NCBI GenBank assembly: GCA_017454675.1
Contig: JAFTCN010000010.1
Span: forward strand, 6,195 to 70,194
Length of the DNA stretch: 64,000 nucleotides
Reading direction: 5' to 3'
Origin: Clostridia bacterium
GTDB taxonomy: Bacteria; Bacillota; Clostridia; Oscillospirales; CAG-272
Positions within the stretch are counted from its first letter, which is position 1. Every line of letters begins with the position of its first letter. The position numbers were made by a program, and so were the translations under genes. Under the pieces are notes generated by a model, which worked only from the letters and a program-made list of their open reading frames with translations, ran no database searches and was not told where the DNA came from. Below, piece after piece: positions 18,545-25,335 of the stretch.

Positions 18545-19828
18545 TCAGCCTATCGCGGAAAAGCCCGCTTCGAGGTCGGCGATGATGTCGTCGATGTGTT
18601 CTGTCCCTATCGAGAGTCGGATCGTATTCGGCTTTATCCCCTGGTCGAGAAGTTCCTCCTTCGACAGCTGAGAGTGGGTCGTCGACGCCGGATGGATCAC
18701 GAGGCTCTTTACATCGGCGACGTTCGCGAGCAGCGAGAATATCTTCAGGTTGTCGATGAACTTCCAGGCCTCGGCCTGCCCGCCCTTAATATCGAAGGTG
18801 AAGATCGACGCCCCTCCCCGCGGGAAGTACTTTTCGTAGAGCGCCCGGTCGGGATGGCCCGGCAGCGACGGGTGATTCACCTTTTCAACAAGCGGATGTC
18901 CCGCAAGGTAGCTTACGACCTTTTTCGTGTTCTCGGCGTGCCGGTCGAGCCGCAGCGACAGCGTCTCGACGCCCTGCAGGAGCAGGAAGGCGTTGAAGGG
19001 CGAGATCGAAGCCCCGGTGTCGCGCAGCAGGATGGCCCTGATGAAGGTGACGAAGGCGGCAGGCCCCGCGGCGTCGCAGAACGATACGCCGTGATAGCTG
19101 GGGTTCGGCTCTGCGATGTTCGGGTATTTTCCGCTCGCCTTCCAGTTGAATCTTCCGGAGTCGACTATGATGCCGCCGAGCGTCGTACCGTGGCCGCCGA
19201 TGAACTTGGTGGCGGAATGCACGACGATGTCTGCCCCGTGTTCGATCGGGCGGATGAGGTACGGTGTTCCGAAGGTGTTGTCGATCACGACCGGTATGCC
19301 GCGGCTGTGAGCTATCTTCGCGACGGCGTCGATGTCGGGAATGTCACTGTTTGGATTGCCGAGCGTCTCGAGGAATACCGCTCGGGTGTCGTCTTCGATC
19401 GCGGCCTCGACCTCGCCAAGGTCGCGGACGTTCACGAAAGTCGTGCGTATGCCGTACTGGGGCAGCGTATGCGACAGCAGGTTGAATGTGCCGCCGTAAA
19501 TCGTCTTCTGAGCGACGATATGGCCTCCTCCGGCCGCGAGCGCCTCTACGGTGTACGTGATCGCCGCCGCGCCAGAAGCGAGCGCCAGAGCCGCGCTGCC
19601 GCCTTCAAGAGCGGCTATCCTCTTCTCGAGCACTTCCTGCGTGGAATTCGTGAGCCGGCCGTAGATATTGCCGGCGTCGGCGAGCCCGAAGCGGTCGGCG
19701 GCGTGTTTGCTGTTGTGAAATACATATGATGTCGTCTGGTAGATCGGCACCGCGCGGGAGTCGGTTGCCGGGTCGGCCTGTTCCTGTCCGACATGGAGCT
19801 GAAGCGTTTCGAATTTATACTTGCTCAC
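18545..19828 (-). CDS. metY: O-acetylhomoserine aminocarboxypropyltransferase/sulfhydrylase
   Basis: [49 protein letters not shown], which is Cys/Met-metabolism PLP family. GTG start. Confidence 0.92.
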   Translation of the reverse strand: MSKYKFETLQLHVGQEQADPATDSRAVPIYQTTSYVFHNSKHAADRFGLADAGNIYGRLTNSTQEVLEKRIAALEGGSAALALASGAAAITYTVEALAAGGGHIVAQKTIYGGTFNLLSHTLPQYGIRTTFVNVRDLGEVEAAIEDDTRAVFLETLGNPNSDIPDIDAVAKIAHSRGIPVVIDNTFGTPYLIRPIEHGADIVVHSATKFIGGHGTTLGGIIVDSGRFNWKASGKYPNIAEPNPSYHGVSFCDAAGPAAFVTFIRAILLRDTGASISPFNAFLLLQGVETLSLRLDRHAENTKKVVSYLAGHPLVEKVNHPSLPGHPDRALYEKYFPRGGASIFTFDIKGGQAEAWKFIDNLKIFSLLANVADVKSLVIHPASTTHSQLSKEELLDQGIKPNTIRLSIGTEHIDDIIADLEAGFSAIG

Positions 19829-19863
19829 GGGATGTTCGAGCCTCCTTTGTTTTCGATGGCATT

Positions 19864-19892
19864 ATTATATCACCGGGCGGCCGGTTTGTAAA
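19864..19892 (-). promoter_or_regulatory. sigma-70-type promoter (TTTACA-N17-TATAAT) for metY-cysK
   Basis: On the minus strand: TTTACA (19892-19887), a 17-nt spacer, then TATAAT (19869-19864). Confidence 0.5.
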
Positions 19893-19946
19893 TTCGGCAG
19901 GTCTTATTGTCCGCGATAAGGGGAGGTTATCGCGGGGAAGCCGCGT

Positions 19947-20852
19947 CTACAGCTCCCTGAATCTCAGCAGTTCCTTTACGTATTCCTCTCCGTAATGAGA
20001 GAGCGCGCGGCCGACTCTCGTTATGTAGCCTATCGTCAGAGGGTCCTCCTCCTTCATCTTGATCGCTGCCATCCCGCTGAGAACGGACCCTTTCTCCGCC
20101 AGCATCCCCGAACCGACCGAATACCCTCCGAGCTCGGCTATGATCTCCATAGTCGTCGCTCTGTCGCCCGACCGTATCGTCCGGTCGAACGGATAGTCGG
20201 CCATCGCCTCCTCGGTGATGTAGAAGTTGCCGTCGCCGCTCTGGTCGAAAGAGACGCACGGCCATCCTTTCATATCGTCGAGGGACAGCATCTTTTCACC
20301 GGCGAGCGGATGATCCTTCCAGACATAGATGTAGGTGTCTCTTTTCATCAGCGGTACGAACTCGAGCTGAAGGTCGCGGAAAAGCTTTTTTAAGAGCCCT
20401 TCGTTCGAACCGGAGAACGATATGATCCCGACCTCGCTCCGCAGGTCAGCGACGTCGTCGAGCACTTCCTTCGTCTTGGTCTCGCGGAACGAAAAATCGT
20501 ATCTGCCGGGAGCAGTTTTTTTTATAAGAGCTGTAAAGGCCCTGATGGCGAAATTATAGTGCTGCGCAGAGACCGAGAACTTCTCCTTACCGCCGCCGCG
20601 TGACATATAGCGGTCTTCGAGGATCATGTACTGACCTACCGCCTTCTTCGCGTAAGTGATGAACTCGCGTCCGTCGTCAGTCAGCGTGATCCCTTTGTTG
20701 GTACGCTCGAAGATGACTATCCCGAGTTCGTCCTCGAGTTCGCGTATGCTCGCAGAGAGGGCGGGCTGCGTGACGAACAGTTTCGTCGATGCCTCGCGCA
20801 TCGACGGAGAGCCAGCGACTTCGAGTACGTATTTCAGCTGTGTGATATTCAC
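19947..20852 (-). CDS. LysR-family transcriptional regulator
   Basis: The N-terminal HTH is MNITQLKYVLEVAGSPSMREASTKLFVTQPALSASIRELEDELG, followed by a LysR substrate-binding domain. GTG start. Confidence 0.9.
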   Translation of the reverse strand: MNITQLKYVLEVAGSPSMREASTKLFVTQPALSASIRELEDELGIVIFERTNKGITLTDDGREFITYAKKAVGQYMILEDRYMSRGGGKEKFSVSAQHYNFAIRAFTALIKKTAPGRYDFSFRETKTKEVLDDVADLRSEVGIISFSGSNEGLLKKLFRDLQLEFVPLMKRDTYIYVWKDHPLAGEKMLSLDDMKGWPCVSFDQSGDGNFYITEEAMADYPFDRTIRSGDRATTMEIIAELGGYSVGSGMLAEKGSVLSGMAAIKMKEEDPLTIGYITRVGRALSHYGEEYVKELLRFREL

Positions 20853-20935
20853 TTCACGCCCCCGTCCGGCAGGATGGAACTTGAGACGCCCCCTGTGCCG
20901 GAGGCCGCCTTTATTACCTACCTTATTGGTATGTA

Positions 20936-20964
20936 ATTATACTATATTTGTTTCCCGTTGTCAA
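20936..20964 (-). promoter_or_regulatory. sigma-70-type promoter (TTGACA-N17-TATAAT) for the LysR gene
   Basis: On the minus strand: TTGACA (20964-20959), a 17-nt spacer, then TATAAT (20941-20936). Confidence 0.55.
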
Positions 20965-20990
20965 CCGTTTATCAGAAAATACTTTTTTTC

Positions 20991-21079
20991 GAAATCGAGC
21001 AGGGGCTAACGAGTAGCCCCTCTCACACCACCGTACGTGCCGTTCGGCATACGGCGGTTCAACTCAAGTAATAATCCAA
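20991..21079 (-). mobile_element. group II intron (class C-like) 3'-terminal fragment: domain V plus domain VI-like hairpin, copy 1
   Basis: The minus strand reads CCGCCGTATGCC-GAAC-GGCACGTACGGTGG. This is a domain V-like hairpin with a 2-nt bulge and a CGC triad. It is followed by the hairpin GAGAGGGGCT-ACTCGTT-AGCCCCTGCTC. Positions 21007-21079 are identical to 29691-29763. Confidence 0.5.
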
Positions 21080-21235
21080 GACGCTCTCGATTACATGCTG
21101 ATGACGAACGACTACTTCGACAGAGGTTTCGACCGGGCGCATATCAAGAATCAGGTTGATGGTTGGAAGCAAGAATGACCACACGTCAGCATGACCAAAA
21201 TATGACCACTCAACCAAAGTTTAGTGCATAATGCA

Positions 21236-21284
21236 CAAGAAAAAACCCTACAAATACCACGGATTTCGTAGTAAATGTAGGGGT
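21236..21284 (-). terminator. intrinsic terminator after tRNA-Ser
   Basis: On the minus strand, a CCCTACA..TGTAGGG stem followed by TTTTTT. Confidence 0.6.
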
Positions 21285-21303
21285 TTTCCCTTGTTTTTGG
21301 CTA

Positions 21304-21395
21304 TGGCGGAGAAGGAGAGATTTGAACTCTCGCGCGGCTTTAGACCGCCTACACCCTTAGCAGGGGCGCCTCTTCGGCCTCTTGAGTACTTCTCC
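21304..21395 (-). tRNA. tRNA-Ser (anticodon GCU), class II with long variable arm and encoded CCA
   Basis: Folded by hand: acceptor GGAGAAG/CTTCTCC; D stem CTC/GAG; anticodon stem CGCCC/GGGTG with loop CTGCTAA; variable arm GCGG-TCTAAAG-CCGC; T arm GAGAG-TTCAAAT-CTCTC; discriminator G plus CCA. Confidence 0.9.
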
Positions 21396-21450
21396 AAGGG
21401 TGTTATGCCGGGCGCGTCACCCGAAGCACGGGGGCACACCGGTGAAAGAT

Positions 21451-21479
21451 ATTATACTTCATTCTCTTCCGCTTGTCAA
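21451..21479 (-). promoter_or_regulatory. sigma-70-type promoter (TTGACA-N17-TATAAT) for tRNA-Ser
   Basis: On the minus strand: TTGACA (21479-21474), a 17-nt spacer, then TATAAT (21456-21451), about 55 nt upstream of the tRNA 5' end. Confidence 0.55.
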
Positions 21480-21510
21480 GAGTTTTTTCGGTGACACCGC
21501 CGGCGGCAGG

Positions 21511-22677
21511 TCATTCGCCGGGAGTGCCCTCCGGCTTCTTTCCCTCGAAGTCTATCTTCAGCTGGGCGTCGTATTCAGCCTTGTGTCGCTCGAGGAGCGC
21601 GTGGATCTTTGCGACGGGGTCGAGTATGACACTGGTCGATTCGTCGCGGTTGAGGGTCTCGATGATATACGAGACGTATTTGCACATGTTCACCTCGCAG
21701 AACCACTCGCGTGTCTTGATCTCGGGATCGACGTAAACCAGGTTCGTCGTGAACACCATGTCGAAGAGCCCATCCCTGTATGCCTCGTCGAATCCGCCGG
21801 GGCCGGCGGTGAACAGACCGAAGGTGTCAAAGCTGAATATGCGGCGGGCGCCGCGCTTCTTGATCTGGGCCGCGACGTCGAAGAACGACTCGCCGGACGA
21901 GATCATGTCATCGATTATTATGACGTCCTTGCCCGACAGATCGGATCCCAGGTATTCGTGCGCGACTATGGGATTCCTGCCGCCGACGACCCTGGAATAG
22001 TCGCGGCGCTTGTAGAACATACCCACATCGAGTCCCAGGACCGACGAGAAGAACATGCAGCGGCCCATCGCGCCCTCGTCGGGCGAGATGATGACCAGCT
22101 GGTCTCTGTCGAAGACTATGTCGGGAACGCGCTTCACGAGAGCTTTTACCATCTGGTAGGTGGGGCGGTAGTTGTCGAATCCGATGAGAGGTATGGCGTT
22201 GGCGACTCTGTCGTCGTGCGCGTCGAAGGTGATTATGTTCTTTACACCGTAGTACTCGAGTTCGCGGAGCATCATCGCGCAGTCGAGCGACTCACGGGCG
22301 TTGCGCTTGTGCTGGCGGCCCTCGTAGAGCATCGGCATGATGACGGAGATCCTGCGGGCTCTGCCGTCGATCGCTCCGACGATCCTCTTGAGATCGGCGA
22401 AGTGGTCGTCGGGAGACATCGGCACCTGCTGTCCGCGCAGCCTGTATCTGATCCCGTAGTTGAAGATGTCGGTGATGATGAAAAGGTCGAGGCCTCTGAC
22501 CGATTCGTTGATCAGGCCCTTCCCTTCGCCGCTTCCGAACCTCGGACATTCGGCTTTGATCAGGAAGGTCTCCCCGGTACTGCGCCATTTTTTAAGCCAG
22601 TCGTCGACCTCGGCCGCGAAAGTCTCGCAGCCCGGCATGGCAATAATACCGAGTTTACCGTGAAGAGAATCGTTCAT
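21511..22677 (-). CDS. ribose-phosphate diphosphokinase-family protein (long form, 388 aa)
   Basis: Contains PRPP-synthetase-like blocks: ISVIMPMLYEGRQHKR, ITFDAHD, the PRPP-binding loop VIIIDDMISSGES, and VIISPDEGA. ATG at 22677. Confidence 0.8.
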   Translation of the reverse strand: MNDSLHGKLGIIAMPGCETFAAEVDDWLKKWRSTGETFLIKAECPRFGSGEGKGLINESVRGLDLFIITDIFNYGIRYRLRGQQVPMSPDDHFADLKRIVGAIDGRARRISVIMPMLYEGRQHKRNARESLDCAMMLRELEYYGVKNIITFDAHDDRVANAIPLIGFDNYRPTYQMVKALVKRVPDIVFDRDQLVIISPDEGAMGRCMFFSSVLGLDVGMFYKRRDYSRVVGGRNPIVAHEYLGSDLSGKDVIIIDDMISSGESFFDVAAQIKKRGARRIFSFDTFGLFTAGPGGFDEAYRDGLFDMVFTTNLVYVDPEIKTREWFCEVNMCKYVSYIIETLNRDESTSVILDPVAKIHALLERHKAEYDAQLKIDFEGKKPEGTPGE

Positions 22678-22732
22678 TTCTAAAACCCCAACCTTTTTTA
22701 TTGATGAGCCGAAGCGCACCTTTTATGATAAT

Positions 22733-22762
22733 ATTATACAACACGCGGGCACTTCATTGCAA
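22733..22762 (-). promoter_or_regulatory. candidate promoter (TTGCAA-N18-TATAAT) for the PRPP-synthetase-like gene
   Basis: On the minus strand: TTGCAA (22762-22757), an 18-nt spacer, then TATAAT (22738-22733). Confidence 0.4.
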
Positions 22763-22791
22763 GCCTTTTTTCGGCCGCAGGGTGATAAAAG

Positions 22792-23787
22792 CTAGATCAG
22801 CCCGAGAGTCCGGAGGATGAAGCTCCCGGCGAAAAGAGTGAAGACCGAGAAGATCGTGGTGAGCAGCATCACCTGCCCGGCCAGTTCGTGGTCGCTCTTC
22901 ATGTTCTTGGCCATGATGTAGCTTGAGACCGCCGCCGGAGTGCCGAAAATGATGAAGGCGACCGCGAGTTCGGCGCCCCGGAATCCGAAGAGGCAGGCGA
23001 GTGCCACTCCGGCCGCCGGCTGGAAGACGGTCTTTACCGCCGTGATCACCGCGGCGAGCTTTATGTTGCCGGCCAGCGACTTGAACGAGAATCCCGCGCC
23101 GAGGCTGATGAGCGACAGGCCGGTCGTGCACTGGGATAGGTATCCGAGCGACTTGTCAGCTATCTCAGGCAGCCTTATACCGAAGAACATGAACGGAAGT
23201 CCGGCCGCGACTGCTATGATGAGCGGGTTCTTCACCGTCTCGAGCAGCGCCCTGCCGAAGTCTTTCGCGCCGAAGCGCCTGTTCGCGTCTCCGTTCTCGT
23301 CCTCACCGGGCATGAATACGGCGAGCACCGAGACGGCGAGGATGTTGTATATGAGCACGACGAACGGCATGACAACGGCGTATGCGGCGAGCGCTGCCGT
23401 CTTCATCGCGCCGTCTCTGAACATGTTCTCCATCAGCACGGTGCCGAGGATCGCGACGTTCGAGCGGAACATGCCCTGCACCGCCGCTCCGCGCTGCCTC
23501 ATCTGCTTAATCGCTGCAACGGATATGCCCGAATACAGCGCGGCGAATCCTACGATCGCCAGCACGATGAAAAGAGTCAGTCTGAAGTATGATGTGCCCT
23601 CGGAGAGCTCGCACCCAGCCACCTGGAGAAAGATCATGCATGGCAGCGAGACCTTGAACACGAACTTGTCGGCGCCGGCATAGAAGGCCTCGCCGAACAG
23701 TTTGATCTTTCCGAGGAAAATCCCGACGCCGGTCAGTATGACCATCGGCAGGACCGTCTTGAGGCTGAGGATCAGATTATCTGCCAT
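22792..23787 (-). CDS. AEC (auxin efflux carrier)-family permease
   Basis: 331 aa polytopic membrane protein. The N-terminus LKTVLPMVILTGVGIFLGKIKLFGE is typical of the AEC family. GGAGGAG RBS. Confidence 0.85.
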   Translation of the reverse strand: MADNLILSLKTVLPMVILTGVGIFLGKIKLFGEAFYAGADKFVFKVSLPCMIFLQVAGCELSEGTSYFRLTLFIVLAIVGFAALYSGISVAAIKQMRQRGAAVQGMFRSNVAILGTVLMENMFRDGAMKTAALAAYAVVMPFVVLIYNILAVSVLAVFMPGEDENGDANRRFGAKDFGRALLETVKNPLIIAVAAGLPFMFFGIRLPEIADKSLGYLSQCTTGLSLISLGAGFSFKSLAGNIKLAAVITAVKTVFQPAAGVALACLFGFRGAELAVAFIIFGTPAAVSSYIMAKNMKSDHELAGQVMLLTTIFSVFTLFAGSFILRTLGLI

Positions 23788-25300
23788 TTGACTCCTCCGC
23801 GGCCGCGTCGCGGCCTTTTTCAGCGAGTTTACGGAAACGTTCGAAGGCTTCGTCGCCGTACCCTTCTCCCTTCGACGGGTGGTATGTCTTTACGCCGAAA
23901 GAGCGTCGTACGACCTCGCGCGCCTCTGATATCCCCCCTATCTCGCCCAGGGCGGTAAGCTGCATGAGGATGTTTCCGACGGCCGTCGCCTCCGACGGCC
24001 CCGCTATGACCGACATCCCCGTTACGTCAGCGGTGAGCCGGCAGAGCGTTTCATCCTTCGAGCCGCCGCCGACTATGTTGATCGCGCCGGGCTTCGTCCC
24101 GCAGAGCGACGCCGCCGCGTTCGCGGTGTATCTGTATCTCATCGCGAGAGAGTCGAATATCACCCTGACCGCTTCGCCCGGCGTCCGCGGAACGCGCTGG
24201 CCGGTGCGTGCGCAGAAAGTGGCTATCCTCGACGGCATGTCGCCGGGAGGCGAGAAGACGGGGTCGTCCGGGTCGATGAGCGACCCGAAAGGCGGCGCCT
24301 CAGCCGCCGCGGCGGACAGGCTGTCGAAAGAGGTGTCGAAGCCGGCCGCTGCAAAGGCGCGCCTCGACTCCTGGAGGAGCCACAGGCCCATGATGTTCTT
24401 GAGGAACCGCACGGTGCCGCCGGCTCCGCCCTCGTTAGTCCAGTTCTCCCTTTCGCTCTCCGGGGTGATAAGCGGCTCCCGCAGTTCGGTACCGAGCAGC
24501 GACCAGGTACCCGAACTGATATACAGGAACTCTCCCGCCGCCCTGTCGGTGGGCACCGAGAGCACAGCCGAGGCAGTGTCGTGAGAGGCGACGTTTATGA
24601 TCCTGATACCGCGGAATCTCTCTTCCCTGGCTCTGCCGAGCAGGTTTCCGGGCTGCACGAGCGGCGCGAACATATCCCTGCCGATGCCGAGCGCCCCCAG
24701 CACTTCGGGCGAGAAGTCGCGCGTACGGGCGTCGAGCAGCGCTCCGGTCGAGGCGATAGTGTACTCGCAGGCCTGTTCACCGGTGAGAAAATATCCGAAC
24801 AGATCGGGCATGAAGAGTATCTTCGACGGCCCTTCCCCGTCTTTTTCTCTGTATCCGTGAGGAAATTCGGCCGCCAGCTGATAGACGGTATTGAAGTCGA
24901 GCGACTGTATTCCGGTGATCCCGTAGAGGCGTCCCGGGTGCGACATCCGCTTCCCGAACGCCGACGGAATGCCGGCGGTGCGGCCGTCGCGGTAGTGTAC
25001 CGGGTCGGAGATCAGCTCTCCCCTGCCGTCGAGCAGTCCGTAGTCGACTCCCCAGGTATCTATGCCGGCCGATTCGGCGCCCTCGGAGGCTCCCGCCTCT
25101 ACCGCCTTCTCCACCTCCCTGCGCAGCGCTGAGGCGTTCCAGCGGAGATGCCCGCCCCCTGCGGACGGGGGCAGCGGTTCGTTCGGAAAACGGTGTATCT
25201 CACGGAGAGTCAGGCGTCCGCCGTCGAACTCCCCTATGATCCCGCGGCCGCTCGAGGCTCCGAGATCGACCGCCAGCACTTTTCTGGTCTTTCCTGACAT
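23777..25300 (-). CDS. rhaB: rhamnulokinase (FGGY carbohydrate kinase)
   Basis: VLAVDLGASSGRGI..LREIHRFPN..IDTWGVDYGLLD..SHDTASAV..ISSGTWSLLG..NEGGAGGTVRFLKNIMGLWLLQE..IVGGGSKD closely follow the E. coli RhaB blocks. The true ATG is at 25300 (AGGAGG RBS). The 93-aa Arg-rich N-terminal extension in the track ORF was rejected. Confidence 0.88.
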   Translation of the reverse strand: MSGKTRKVLAVDLGASSGRGIIGEFDGGRLTLREIHRFPNEPLPPSAGGGHLRWNASALRREVEKAVEAGASEGAESAGIDTWGVDYGLLDGRGELISDPVHYRDGRTAGIPSAFGKRMSHPGRLYGITGIQSLDFNTVYQLAAEFPHGYREKDGEGPSKILFMPDLFGYFLTGEQACEYTIASTGALLDARTRDFSPEVLGALGIGRDMFAPLVQPGNLLGRAREERFRGIRIINVASHDTASAVLSVPTDRAAGEFLYISSGTWSLLGTELREPLITPESERENWTNEGGAGGTVRFLKNIMGLWLLQESRRAFAAAGFDTSFDSLSAAAAEAPPFGSLIDPDDPVFSPPGDMPSRIATFCARTGQRVPRTPGEAVRVIFDSLAMRYRYTANAAASLCGTKPGAINIVGGGSKDETLCRLTADVTGMSVIAGPSEATAVGNILMQLTALGEIGGISEAREVVRRSFGVKTYHPSKGEGYGDEAFERFRKLAEKGRDAAAEESNGR

Positions 25301-25335
25301 GATGCCAAACCTCCTGTTTTCCGGCCGTGCAGCGC

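Noticed and set aside
21231-21494. 87-aa plus-strand ORF.
   Set aside because: It lies directly across the tRNA-Ser(GCU) gene and its promoter and terminator, so it is not a CDS.
21382-22683. 433-aa plus-strand ORF opposite the PRPP-synthetase-like gene.
   Set aside because: It is antisense to a gene with a clear PRPP-binding loop. It also begins inside the tRNA-Ser locus.
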